Of a stretch of DNA of 64,000 nucleotides, positions 40,063 to 50,045 are shown in pieces (the first letter of the stretch is position 1; each line of letters starts with the position of its first letter). This stretch comes from Candidatus Hydrothermarchaeota archaeon. Its GTDB lineage: Archaea > CAYFZR01. Where the stretch lies: contig JBHIEG010000002.1 of NCBI GenBank assembly GCA_046760505.1, forward strand, positions 43,030-107,029, given 5' to 3'. The notes beneath the pieces are model-generated. The model was not told where the DNA came from. It did not search any database and saw only the letters and a list, made by a program, of their open reading frames with translations. The position numbers and the translations under genes are program-made.

Positions 40063-40248
40063 ATGAAAGGAAGTGGTTATATGCTTTTTTGTCCGAGGTG
40101 TGGCAGCGGAAAATTGAAGTATGCGGTAGATGGCTCCACAGTAAATCTATACAAGTGCAGAGAGTGTGGATACACGGGATCCTTCGTAATTGAAGGATAT
40201 GAACTCGCAAAAGAAATAAGAAAGAAGTATTTAGTAAAAGAAGATTGA
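40063..40248 (+). CDS. Small Zn-ribbon protein
   Basis: FCPRCGS...YKCRECGY; start may be ATG 40081. Confidence 0.7.
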   Translation: MKGSGYMLFCPRCGSGKLKYAVDGSTVNLYKCRECGYTGSFVIEGYELAKEIRKKYLVKED

Positions 40249-40289
40249 AGATTAGAAATAGAACGAAGAGAATAAAAGAGATGATGGAA

Positions 40290-40360
40290 AACAAAATAAA
40301 AGAAGGGGGGGTTTGAGGGCATCTCTTTTTGATTGGGGAAGGCAAGCGATGCCCTCTGCC
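40290..40360 (-). ncRNA. Candidate small RNA: 9-bp hairpin with CUUCCCCA loop and C7/U-rich tail
   Basis: GAGGGCATC/GATGCCCTC 40315-40356; BRE/TATA at ~40379-40392 on the minus strand. Confidence 0.4.
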
Positions 40361-40423
40361 AAAATACAACAAATTCACTTATAAAATTTTTGCTCCTGAG
40401 TCGGTAATTATTCGAGTACAGTT

Positions 40424-43222
40424 TTAGTCCCAGAATCTTCTTGTTCTGGCAAATGTTCTCTCTGCTTCAATCAAGTCTTTCAAAAAACCTTCATAATCTT
40501 TATTTTGAGAGAGTACCCTTGAGCCTATCTCTGGACCCACTCCTCTAGCAGCTAATGCAATCAAGGCTCTCTTACCATAGTTCATATAGAGATTTGCTGT
40601 CTTCCATGCCTTCTTTACTTTTTCCTGCTCCTGTTCATCCAGTATTTTCCCATTTTTATATTTTTTAATTAATCCCGGCATTTCTTTGTCCCAAGTTCTT
40701 ACTATTGCTAAAAACTTTGATCGGCAATTCGGACACGCCATGTCATCTGGCACACTCTTTATTCTTAGAGTTGTGTTCCATTTTCCACAGTAAACACAAA
40801 GAAGCATGACTCTTTCATTAAGTAATCTGTTTTCGACTATCTTCAATATCGCTCTGTCTGCCCTTTTGGGAGACATGAGTTCTCTGGTTGCATCCATACC
40901 AAGTCTTGATATGGGCGATAGAGTAGATGTCCTTACTACTGAAAGCTTAATTTCTCCACTTTTTAATTTTTCAAGTACGTACTCCGCTTTCTTTATGTCA
41001 AGTTTCTCCTGCAGTAGTTCTCTAAAAGTTTCCTCGTAAAGAGGAGTATTATCATACAGAGCAAGAGCCTTTTTTACGTCGAAATCACTTAGGGTGGCAT
41101 CCTTTTCAATCACGCCGAATCTTCTACATACATGCAGTAATTTCCAGAAAAACATTGGACTGCGCTTTAAGGTCTTCTCTAATATTAAAGATAGATGACT
41201 CGGTTCTAGCATATCTATTATCTCCAAAAAAGCCTCAGGTCTGTTTACTGGCAGCTCAAAAATGATTCGATACGGATCTACCTGCAAAGAAACACTTGCT
41301 CCGAACCTTGCTGTTAAAAGGTCTGCAATAATTCTTCCCAAGGTTTCATTTGTTAGAGAGCCAAAACACGCGTTAACTATAATGTAGTTATCGCATATTT
41401 CAACCACAATCTCATCATGAGAGGCGAGAGGTACACCTAATTTTTTATGCTGATTTATTTTGTTTATGGCTCGCAATATAGATTTCTCATCCACAGGATA
41501 ATGTTTGCAGAAGATTTTTGCGATTTCCTTTGGTTTTAGATACTCCAGATATTTCATTATCATTTTCCTAACGTAGCCGACTTCTTGAGCCACTTCAAAG
41601 GGCACTGGAATCTCTTCTCCTACCCACGAGGGAATAGCCCCCCTTACCTCATCTATGTTTTGAACCACTATCGTATCATCTTTTACATCAAGAATCTGCC
41701 ATGTATGGCCTTTGCATATAAAAGTAGTACCTATTTCAGCGTAATTTACCACAAAAGATTCATCCAGTACGCCAATCGGACCTTGGGAGACGTCATTTAT
41801 TTTATACTTCTTTTCATCAGGTATCATGGAGAGATTCTGATAGTAGTAGGTCCATGTTGACCTTGTTCGGTAAACCTTATCTCCGTATGTCCGCAATAAA
41901 CCTGATTCGGATAGGATAGATAATACTTCATCGAATTTTTCTCTAGAAAGTGTTTTAAATGGATAGGCTCTTTTAATTATACGGTAGATTTCTTCTTTAC
42001 TAGTATCGGATTTATCCAAGGTTATCCCTGCTATTTGATGAGCAAGTACGTCTAAAGGATTTTGATGGATTTTTGGGTCTTCTAAGTTCGCATTTAATGA
42101 CCTTCTTGAGATAACCATTGATTCCAAGATATCATCCGCATTTGTTGAGATAATCACTCCTCTGCTCAATCTGTCAATGCCGTGGCCCGATCTACCAACT
42201 CTTTGAATTAATCGGGTCACCTGCCTTGGGGACATGTACTGTATAACCAGGTCCACAGATCCAATATCGATTCCAAGTTCCATGGAAGAAGTGCAAATTA
42301 TGCCTTTTATTTCTCCGCTCTTAAATGCGTTCTCTGTATCTATTCTCACTTCCTTAGAGAGCGAGCTGTGATGAACAGATAAAGGAATGTCCTTGTCAAT
42401 GAGCCTAAATCGTGAACCCAGTATCTCTGCCAATTCCCTTGTATTTACAAAGATCAGGAGAGAAGTGCATTCTTTCATGAGTTCTTTTATTCTCCTTATT
42501 CTTGCTCCAACCGCCAAAGGGGTGTGTAAAATAGAGGCAAGTTCTCTATCTCCCTTTTTTAAAATTGGACTTTCTACTTCAAGAGATAGTTCCTTTGAAA
42601 CGTTCACCTCTAAAATTTCTACGTTTTTACCTAGGAAATCTGCTATTTTTTCTGGGTTTCCTATCGTAGCGGAAAGTCCTATTCTCTGGAAATTTGGTCT
42701 AATTTCCTCCAACCTTTCTAGAGCAACAGTTAATTGAGACCCTCTCTTATTATCCGCAAGTTCATGTATTTCGTCTACAACTACCCACTTCAAAGATTTA
42801 AGATTCTCTCTCATCCTCTTACCTGGAAGTATTGCTTGCAGCGTCTCAGGGGTGGTTATTAAAATGTCTGGGGGAGCCTCCCTTTGTTTTCTTCTTTCAG
42901 CACTTGTTGTATCCCCATGCCTCACTGAGATAGAGATGCCTAACTTCTCGCACCACCACCTCATTCTCTCAAGTAAATCTCTATTGAGAGCTCTCAGGGG
43001 AGTTATGTAAAGAATTTTAATCCCTTTTTCTTCTTCACCTGATTTCAATAACATATCGAATACTGGAAGGAGAACTGCCTCTGTTTTTCCCATACCTGTT
43101 GGTGCCACCAATAGAAGGTTCTTTCCTCTCAGAATTAATGGAATCGCCTGTGTCTGGGGTTCAGTAAACCTTTCAAACCTCGAATCAATTAAATTTTTGA
43201 TACGCTCTGAAAGCAGATCCAT
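40424..43222 (-). CDS. lhr: Lhr-family SF2 helicase with C-terminal Zn finger
   Basis: APTGMGKT, TPETLQ, DEIH, SAT, QRVGRSGH, CxxC...CxxC, RRFWD end. Confidence 0.93.
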   Translation of the reverse strand: MDLLSERIKNLIDSRFERFTEPQTQAIPLILRGKNLLLVAPTGMGKTEAVLLPVFDMLLKSGEEEKGIKILYITPLRALNRDLLERMRWWCEKLGISISVRHGDTTSAERRKQREAPPDILITTPETLQAILPGKRMRENLKSLKWVVVDEIHELADNKRGSQLTVALERLEEIRPNFQRIGLSATIGNPEKIADFLGKNVEILEVNVSKELSLEVESPILKKGDRELASILHTPLAVGARIRRIKELMKECTSLLIFVNTRELAEILGSRFRLIDKDIPLSVHHSSLSKEVRIDTENAFKSGEIKGIICTSSMELGIDIGSVDLVIQYMSPRQVTRLIQRVGRSGHGIDRLSRGVIISTNADDILESMVISRRSLNANLEDPKIHQNPLDVLAHQIAGITLDKSDTSKEEIYRIIKRAYPFKTLSREKFDEVLSILSESGLLRTYGDKVYRTRSTWTYYYQNLSMIPDEKKYKINDVSQGPIGVLDESFVVNYAEIGTTFICKGHTWQILDVKDDTIVVQNIDEVRGAIPSWVGEEIPVPFEVAQEVGYVRKMIMKYLEYLKPKEIAKIFCKHYPVDEKSILRAINKINQHKKLGVPLASHDEIVVEICDNYIIVNACFGSLTNETLGRIIADLLTARFGASVSLQVDPYRIIFELPVNRPEAFLEIIDMLEPSHLSLILEKTLKRSPMFFWKLLHVCRRFGVIEKDATLSDFDVKKALALYDNTPLYEETFRELLQEKLDIKKAEYVLEKLKSGEIKLSVVRTSTLSPISRLGMDATRELMSPKRADRAILKIVENRLLNERVMLLCVYCGKWNTTLRIKSVPDDMACPNCRSKFLAIVRTWDKEMPGLIKKYKNGKILDEQEQEKVKKAWKTANLYMNYGKRALIALAARGVGPEIGSRVLSQNKDYEGFLKDLIEAERTFARTRRFWD

Positions 43223-43276
43223 GGATTAAACTAGAAAAGGATAACTATAAATCTCGCGCACTCCATAGTAGGATCG

Positions 43277-43936
43277 ATGAAAGTCAGTGTGGTAATACCT
43301 GCTTACAACGAAGAACGATTTATAGGCAATTTGCTAGAAAAAATACCAAAAAAATATCAAATTATAGTGGTAGATGATGGATCCACTGATAACACTAGTA
43401 AAGAGGCTCAAATCCATGATGTAGAGGTTATCAGACATGATGAAAATAAAGGAAAAGGAGAAGCTATAAAAACCGGACTCGGGAAAGCAAACGGAGATGT
43501 TGTTGTGTTCATGGATGCTGACTTCCAGCATGATCCTTCTCACATAGAGAGAATTATAGAGCCTATTTTAAGGGATGAAGCAGACGTTGTAATCGGTTCT
43601 CGGTTGTTATCAAACTATAAAGGCATGCCCTATCAGAGAAGATTAAGCAACTGGATTTCATCCCTCACTTTTAGGTTGATTACGGGATTAGAGATTAGAG
43701 ATGTCCTCTGTGGTTACAGAGCGTTCAAAAAAGATGCGCTATCCAAAATAGATATCACAGGAAGTAGATACGAAGTTGAGATGGAAATGCTAATCAAAGC
43801 AGCTAAAAGTGGTCTCAGAATAAAGGAAGTTCCAATAGAAAAGAAATACGGTGAAGAAAAATCAAACATAACCATATTGGACTTCCTCAGAACTATCAAA
43901 AAGATAATTGAACTTAAAAGAAAGGGTCTTATATGA
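43277..43936 (+). CDS. GT2 glycosyltransferase (polyprenol-phosphate sugar synthase-like)
   Basis: IPAYNE, VDDGS.D, DAD.QH, GSR. Confidence 0.92.
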   Translation: MKVSVVIPAYNEERFIGNLLEKIPKKYQIIVVDDGSTDNTSKEAQIHDVEVIRHDENKGKGEAIKTGLGKANGDVVVFMDADFQHDPSHIERIIEPILRDEADVVIGSRLLSNYKGMPYQRRLSNWISSLTFRLITGLEIRDVLCGYRAFKKDALSKIDITGSRYEVEMEMLIKAAKSGLRIKEVPIEKKYGEEKSNITILDFLRTIKKIIELKRKGLI

Positions 43937-45060
43937 TAGTCTATTTATGCTTGCTAATCTCTTTCTCTGGTGCTCTCTATGCAGGATATTCCGATCTAAA
44001 GAGAGGTATAATTCCCAACAAACTGACATTTCCTATGATAGCTACAGGAATCATAATTCACGCACTCCATGGCGCTTACATCTCGGACTTGCGCGTAGTT
44101 ATTTCTGGTATCCTAGGGGCATTGGTCTCATTCGTTTTTGGATATGTGCTATGGTTACTCGGTGCTTGGTCAGGAGGAGACGTAAAACTGCTAACCGGAT
44201 TTGGAGCTCTGCTTCCTTATGGTATTCCTAAAGTTAGCGATTATCCTGCACTTTCACCCTTTCCACTGGTTGGTTTTGCCCCTTATCCCTTCTTCTTAAC
44301 AATATTTCTCAATAGCGTAATCGGAATTGCTCCGTTCCTTCTATTCTATGTTTTTTATGTTGGTAGGGATAAAAAGGATGAACTTAAAAAGATATTTGAA
44401 CCTTTTTTAAAGCCGTGGGGTATTTTTGAAACCTCTTTTGTACTGATGGGATTTGGATATGCTGGAATACTAATTTCTGCCCTCCTTAGATTGAGATTCG
44501 CCTTCATCATTGTCTTACCCATGCTCTTCTTGGCTTATCGTCTGGAAATCAGGATAAGAAGATTACTTACCTTACTTTTCTTAGTTTTGATGTTGATCTC
44601 TTATTCCTATGTCTCCAAAGTTCTGGTAATCTGGCTTTACATTTTCTTCATGATATTGATCGTTCAGTTTATCATAACCTTTGCGAGTGTTACAAGAACA
44701 AAGATACTTGTCGATAGGAAAAGGATTTCCGAATTAAAAGAAGGTGAAATTTCTGGAGAAACCATTTATTTCAAGGAAGGAAAAGTAATTAGAGAAAGGG
44801 GATATGGGATAAAAGAGATCGTTGACATGATACTCAAAGGGGATTTTGATATGTTAAAATCGAGAGACGTTATAGTAAGCAGTAAAAGCGCAGCAGGAGT
44901 TACACAGGAACAAATAGAGACTCTAAATAAATTAGTAAAAGATGGGAAATTGGAGGACGAAATCATCGTAAAAAAGGGAATGCCCTATGGACCTGCCTTG
45001 TTTTTGGGGCTCTTTATCTCGATGATATTTGGTGATCTGTTCTGGGCGGTCCTGATTTGA
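43933..45060 (+). CDS. A24 prepilin/preflagellin peptidase, long EppA/FlaK-type
   Basis: YSDLK...IPN, GGDVKL, GMPYGP. Confidence 0.88.
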   Translation: MIVYLCLLISFSGALYAGYSDLKRGIIPNKLTFPMIATGIIIHALHGAYISDLRVVISGILGALVSFVFGYVLWLLGAWSGGDVKLLTGFGALLPYGIPKVSDYPALSPFPLVGFAPYPFFLTIFLNSVIGIAPFLLFYVFYVGRDKKDELKKIFEPFLKPWGIFETSFVLMGFGYAGILISALLRLRFAFIIVLPMLFLAYRLEIRIRRLLTLLFLVLMLISYSYVSKVLVIWLYIFFMILIVQFIITFASVTRTKILVDRKRISELKEGEISGETIYFKEGKVIRERGYGIKEIVDMILKGDFDMLKSRDVIVSSKSAAGVTQEQIETLNKLVKDGKLEDEIIVKKGMPYGPALFLGLFISMIFGDLFWAVLI

Positions 45061-45175
45061 TTTATTGTAGTATCAAGCATGCACTTCGCAGGTTTTAAAT
45101 AGTATCTATTGGTACCCTTTCGCTGGAGCGTAGGGTTTATACAATCACCACCAAGGTAACGGGTGAAAAGAGAAA

Positions 45176-45973
45176 ATGAAAGAGAATAAAAATATGCTAA
45201 AAGGAGTCATGGTGGTTCTGTTTACAGCGATAGTTGTTGCCGTTGTTTTGTGGATAATACCTAGCCTAACTCCTGTCTCCATAACACAGGAGCTTAAAGA
45301 AGATAGACTTTACTCCATTGATCGAGAGGGTCGTCTGATCAGTATTGATCCCCAAACTGCTGAATACACTATTGTTACTGGGCTTTACGGTCAAAACCCT
45401 GTGCATACTTCACTGGCCTTCAGCCCGGATGGAAAGTTGTTTGGGTATACTAAAACAATAGTAGGATGGGAGCTCTGTGTGATAGACGTCTCCACAGGGA
45501 AAGTAAAATCCATTGGGAAGCCGAATCCAGTATTAGGATTGTTAGGAGGTCTTGCATTTGATCGGCAGGGGAATTTCTATGGTTTGGGTGCCGGTGCCTC
45601 TGCATTGTACTCCATAGATCCAGTAACAGGTGATACCAAACTAATAGGCGAAACTGGTCTAGATGCACTTTATTATCATGGATTGGCGATTGATTTTAAG
45701 ACTGACGAACTCTATGCAGTAATAGGAGGAACTGTAGGTCTCTCAGACAAGCTTGTTCACATTAATAAGACTACTGGTAAAGCAACTGTTGTTGGTCTTT
45801 TAGATGTATACTATCCATGGGTTGGTGTTGAATTCAGCCCCGTCACGGGTGAGTTGTTTGCAGTTCGCAACGGAAACATCCTAATGAAAGTTAATGTCAG
45901 CACCGGCAAAGCAACCTATATTGGTACAATGAAGGGGATTGACGTAGCAGGTCTTGCTGCTATCTGGCCGTAA
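45176..45973 (+). CDS. Membrane-anchored beta-propeller protein
   Basis: N-terminal TM; repeats LAF.PDG.L, L..ID..TG....IG. Confidence 0.75.
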   Translation: MKENKNMLKGVMVVLFTAIVVAVVLWIIPSLTPVSITQELKEDRLYSIDREGRLISIDPQTAEYTIVTGLYGQNPVHTSLAFSPDGKLFGYTKTIVGWELCVIDVSTGKVKSIGKPNPVLGLLGGLAFDRQGNFYGLGAGASALYSIDPVTGDTKLIGETGLDALYYHGLAIDFKTDELYAVIGGTVGLSDKLVHINKTTGKATVVGLLDVYYPWVGVEFSPVTGELFAVRNGNILMKVNVSTGKATYIGTMKGIDVAGLAAIWP

Positions 45974-46028
45974 AAGCTTACCTGCCACTAGGGATTGCAA
46001 TCTATACAGGGCTCTTCGAATGTCAGCA

Positions 46029-46742
46029 TCAAAAAATCAAGTGTTTAAATACCAAGTATGTGATTCTGATTCCTGCTTTCACGCCCTCTAAAGTCCTTCC
46101 AGTAATCTTTGACTCTCCAATTCTTTTTCTATACCTCACAGGAACTTCTAAAATTCTTAAATCTCTTCTAGCAGATTTCAATATCATTTCTGCAGTCCAG
46201 CCATAGCCACCTTCCTTCATCCGAAGAGTGATGAGGGAACTGTACCTAATCGCTCTGAATGGAGAGATGTCGGTTATTTTGACTTTATAAATAGACGAAA
46301 CTAATTTTGTGAACAATTTGTTGATTAGAATGGATAATTGAGGCATGGAACCCTCTTCCCTTTCGCCTAAGATTCTCGATCCAAGAACTAAATCGTATTC
46401 GTCATTCATAATGGGTTTTACTAACTTTTCAATTTCTTCAGGAAAATAACTGTAATCTCCATCCATAAAAACAACTATGTCCGGTGGGGATTTCTTTATG
46501 TAATTCACTCCTGCCAGACAAGCCCTTCCATAGCCTCTTTCTGGCTCAAAAATAACTTCGGCTCCTCTTATTTCCGCTACTTCCGCAGACTTATCGTTAC
46601 TTCCATTGTCAACAACTAGTATATCGTCCACCAATTCTTTAGGTATCTCATCTATGACCTTTCCAATTGCCTCCTCTTCGTTCAGTACCGGTATTATAGT
46701 CGAGACTTTCATGATCTCACTTGAAAGAGATTCCTCACACAA
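46029..46742 (-). CDS. GT2 glycosyltransferase
   Basis: IIPVLNEE, VDNGSND, GYGRAC, DGD; start probably the Met of MKVSTII. Confidence 0.9.
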   Translation of the reverse strand: MCEESLSSEIMKVSTIIPVLNEEEAIGKVIDEIPKELVDDILVVDNGSNDKSAEVAEIRGAEVIFEPERGYGRACLAGVNYIKKSPPDIVVFMDGDYSYFPEEIEKLVKPIMNDEYDLVLGSRILGEREEGSMPQLSILINKLFTKLVSSIYKVKITDISPFRAIRYSSLITLRMKEGGYGWTAEMILKSARRDLRILEVPVRYRKRIGESKITGRTLEGVKAGIRITYLVFKHLIF

Positions 46743-46823
46743 ATCTTTGATTGATCTGGTCGTATAAATTTTTCTATTTAGAAAAATTGCTCTCAGTAAA
46801 AACTAAGCCAAGATCATTTGTCT

Positions 46824-47987
46824 CTAGCTTAATTTTCTTGTTTTTCCACTTCTGTACTTCTCTATGTTCTCTTCATGAAGCTCAACGCCAAGTCCTGGTC
46901 CCTTTGGAACGTACAAGTTGCCATTTTTATATTTGGGAGGCACCTCTACTATATCCATATCAAAACCTTTACTCTCTGTGATACCAAAGATCTGCAAAGG
47001 TCCGTCGAACCCGAAGCCAAATCTATCAATAAGATACTCGGTAGAGCAGGCAAAGTGAGCGTTCGCTGCCGTGCCTATCCCAAGTTCTGTCATGCTGCAT
47101 GCAATACACCCTATTTTAAACTTCTTTGCTATCTCTACTATCTTTCTAGTTGGAAAAAAGCCACCGCTTCTCATGAGTTTAATCAAAAAAAGTTTACAAG
47201 CGCCCAATTGCGCGAAATTCATGGCCTCTTGAGGAGTAGGTACGCTTTCATCCACCATTATAGGAATCTCGGAATTTTCGGTCAGGTATTTATATCCTAA
47301 AATGTCCCATCTTGGAAGGGGCTGTTCTAGCACTTCTATGTAATTCTTTAGTGCATTTATTATTTTTATGGCTTCATCTACACTGTATGCCTGATTAGCA
47401 TCAGCTATAAGAGGAATTTCTCCTGAAACTTCTCTAATGGCTTTGACTCTTTCTACATCGTCCTCAATCTTTTTTGAACCTATCTTTACTTTCAGGTGTC
47501 TGTAGCCTTTTTTCAAGTATTTCACCGCATCATCGATCATTCCTCTATTTCCTCCTCCCCAGCTGATCGTCCATAAAATTGGTAGTTTTCCTCTTAATTT
47601 CTCTCCAAAAAGATTATAAACAGGAATTCCCATGGATTTAGCCTTTAAATCGTGTAGAGCAATATCTAATCCACTCTTGGCACATGTATGTCCCAATAGC
47701 AGATTATCCATAAGATTCCAAATGCTTTCTATGTTCGTTGGATCTTTTCCAATCAAGTTGGGACCCAATGTTTTATAAATCGTGTAGATAGCTGTTTCCT
47801 GTGTTTCGCCCGAGTAAGATGGTATCAAAGGAGAAACCTCTCCTAGACCGTATTCTCCTTCATCCGTGTTTATTATTACGATCAGATTGTTTGCCTCTTT
47901 GTTTATCCCAACATGAATCGGTATCGGTTTTACATAGGGAACTTTAACAGGGATAAGTTCAATGCCAACTATCTTCATTTTTCCCAC
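46824..47987 (-). CDS. Enolase superfamily enzyme, MLE/dipeptide-epimerase subgroup
   Basis: KVK, DAN, EQP, DES, K, GPGLG. Confidence 0.9.
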   Translation of the reverse strand: MGKMKIVGIELIPVKVPYVKPIPIHVGINKEANNLIVIINTDEGEYGLGEVSPLIPSYSGETQETAIYTIYKTLGPNLIGKDPTNIESIWNLMDNLLLGHTCAKSGLDIALHDLKAKSMGIPVYNLFGEKLRGKLPILWTISWGGGNRGMIDDAVKYLKKGYRHLKVKIGSKKIEDDVERVKAIREVSGEIPLIADANQAYSVDEAIKIINALKNYIEVLEQPLPRWDILGYKYLTENSEIPIMVDESVPTPQEAMNFAQLGACKLFLIKLMRSGGFFPTRKIVEIAKKFKIGCIACSMTELGIGTAANAHFACSTEYLIDRFGFGFDGPLQIFGITESKGFDMDIVEVPPKYKNGNLYVPKGPGLGVELHEENIEKYRSGKTRKLS

Positions 47988-48167
47988 CGACTCTTCATTT
48001 TTCGTATCAACAATTCTTCCTAAATTGTAATTTTACATGGTAAAAAGTATGGGCAAATGGAAATAAATATTGGGTCAAATTTGCAAATTTTTAGACAAAT
48101 TAGTTTAGAAAAGTCTTTTGTAGGATTTCGTCTCCTAATTAAATGAGAGAAAAACAAGGAGATGCCT

Positions 48168-48284
48168 ATGGAATTTGCGTACCATCACAGGAGTTTAAGG
48201 ATTATAGGTTCCGTGGTTCGATTTATATTTATACTCTCAGTACTGCTGGTGATTTTTACCCTTTCTTTATTAATTCTTTTTTAA
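48168..48284 (+). CDS. 38-aa single-TM peptide (below ORF-track cutoff)
   Basis: MEFAYHHRSLRIIGSVVRFIFILSVLLVIFTLSLLILF; AAGGAG SD. Confidence 0.45.
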   Translation: MEFAYHHRSLRIIGSVVRFIFILSVLLVIFTLSLLILF

Positions 48285-48289
48285 AATTG

Positions 48290-48352
48290 GATTAAAGGGA
48301 GCTAGGAGGGGGATGGCAGAAAAGGTGGGGAAAGTTCTTTCTAGCTCCCATG
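48290..48352 (-). ncRNA. Candidate small RNA: 9-bp hairpin with UUUCCCCA and CCCCCUCC in loop
   Basis: GGGAGCTAG/CTAGCTCCC 48297-48349; TTTTTATC box at ~48373-48380 on the minus strand. Confidence 0.4.
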
Positions 48353-48423
48353 GTATTATGGGATCACCTGTTGATAAAAATTTCCCAGAATTATGCCTTT
48401 TTTATTCCAAATTAGTTCCAAAT

Positions 48424-48726
48424 TTATCTGTAAACCACATAGAGGAATATGAGCAGGCCGAAGAATTCAAATAGAGATGCCGATGTATGGTAAACTTCGT
48501 TAGGACAATTCACAGTGGCGCTTGTAATTTTAAAGAAAAGTGGACATGAAAATAATGCGCTCAAACCCATAATTCCGGCAAACAAAAGAAGTCCAAGGGT
48601 GAACCTTGATTTTATACTCTTATAATTTCTTAAGAATATTATGAAAAGTAGCAACAAGATAAGTATATTGATAAAGCTTACCAAAAGGTGTATTTCGAAC
48701 AGCATATTCGACAATTCTCCTTTCAA
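48424..48726 (-). CDS. 3-TM membrane protein following the wHTH gene
   Basis: RNY..IKS.FTLGLL.FA pattern; start probably the Met of MLFEIH. Confidence 0.75.
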   Translation of the reverse strand: MKGELSNMLFEIHLLVSFINILILLLLFIIFLRNYKSIKSRFTLGLLLFAGIMGLSALFSCPLFFKITSATVNCPNEVYHTSASLFEFFGLLIFLYVVYR

Positions 48727-48731
48727 TTAAT

Positions 48732-49013
48732 TTACTTTTTCCCAATTTTTTTCCAAATCTCATCAAATAACTCAAAATTTTCCTCCATTTTTTTAGACAG
48801 AAAGTACATCGCCCCATACTTCTCGCCAGATGTTGTAATGATTTTATTCTCCAAAAGAACGTCGATATGATGTCGAACAGTTTTGTAGTCTAGATCCAAC
48901 AACTCTGCCAACTGGTTTGCATTGTATGGTCTCTCTCTTAGGGCATTTATGATTTTGGCACGATTTATACCTCCTTTAGTGCCAGCAACTAACCACCACA
49001 GTAATCTTTTCAT
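48732..49013 (-). CDS. ArsR-like winged-helix regulator
   Basis: LWWL.AGT.GG.NRA.II, P.NANQLA..L.LDYKT.RHH. Confidence 0.9.
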   Translation of the reverse strand: MKRLLWWLVAGTKGGINRAKIINALRERPYNANQLAELLDLDYKTVRHHIDVLLENKIITTSGEKYGAMYFLSKKMEENFELFDEIWKKIGKK

Positions 49014-49077
49014 CGATTTAACTTTTAGTACAGTGCTTTTATATTTTTCTTGGGAAAATTAAAGATTCGGTGGGAAA

Positions 49078-49986
49078 GTGAAAAAAATAAAAATCAAGCA
49101 GGTGGATGCTTTCACGAGATATCCCTTTGGTGGTAATCCAGCCGGCGTAGTTATCGATGCGAAGGATTTAAATGAATATGATATGCAAAATATTGCTAAA
49201 GAGATGAACCTATCCGAAACTGCTTTTGTTTTCGATCCAGATGATCCAAAAGCAGATTTTAAGGTGAGATTTTTTACTCCCAAAAATGAGGTGGACCTCT
49301 GCGGTCACGCCACCATAGCAACTTTCCACGCCCTGGTGGAGGAGGGAAAAATCGAATTAGAAGGTTTTAAAGTTATTTTAAAACAAGAAACAAGAGCAGG
49401 CGTGTTGCCTGTGGAAATTTCCTTGAAGAAAGGAATGATCAATATAATGATGACTCAAACAATCCCTAAATTTAGAGACGCAAATGTAGAGAGGAAAGAA
49501 GTTGCCCAAGCATTAAGAATAGAGGAAAAATATATTTCAGAAGATCCTCCCATGGAGATCGTTTCAACTGGTCTGTGGCATTTAATCGTTCCTATAAAGA
49601 ATTTGAAAGCTCTGGAGAAAGTTGATCCAGATTTTTCAAAACTTTCTAAAATAAATAATGAATTAGGCGCTGAAACCACTCATCTCTTTACCTTTGAGAC
49701 GTTAAATCCAGACTCAACCGTTCATACCAGAGATTTTGCGCCTCTGGTGGGCGTAAACGAGGATCCTGCTACTGGAACAGGAAATGGTGCTTTGGGTGCT
49801 TATCTCGCTAAGCATAGATTGATAGAAATCAAAGAACCAGTCACCGAAATAATTGCGGAACAAGGTTTTGAGATAAAGCGTCCAAGCGAGATTTTTGTGG
49901 AGATTAATACCGAGAACGAAGAGATTAGAGATGTAAAGGTAGGTGGTTTTGCTGTTACAGTTCTCAACGGGGAAATTATTTTTTAA
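49078..49986 (+). CDS. PhzF-family isomerase/epimerase
   Basis: VDAFT...GNPAGV, NLSETAF, EVDLCGHAT, EDPATG. Confidence 0.93.
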   Translation: MKKIKIKQVDAFTRYPFGGNPAGVVIDAKDLNEYDMQNIAKEMNLSETAFVFDPDDPKADFKVRFFTPKNEVDLCGHATIATFHALVEEGKIELEGFKVILKQETRAGVLPVEISLKKGMINIMMTQTIPKFRDANVERKEVAQALRIEEKYISEDPPMEIVSTGLWHLIVPIKNLKALEKVDPDFSKLSKINNELGAETTHLFTFETLNPDSTVHTRDFAPLVGVNEDPATGTGNGALGAYLAKHRLIEIKEPVTEIIAEQGFEIKRPSEIFVEINTENEEIRDVKVGGFAVTVLNGEIIF

Positions 49987-50045
49987 AAAGGATGTCTGCC
50001 GCTTGTCTTAAAAATTATTTTATATGGTCACATACTAATTGAATA

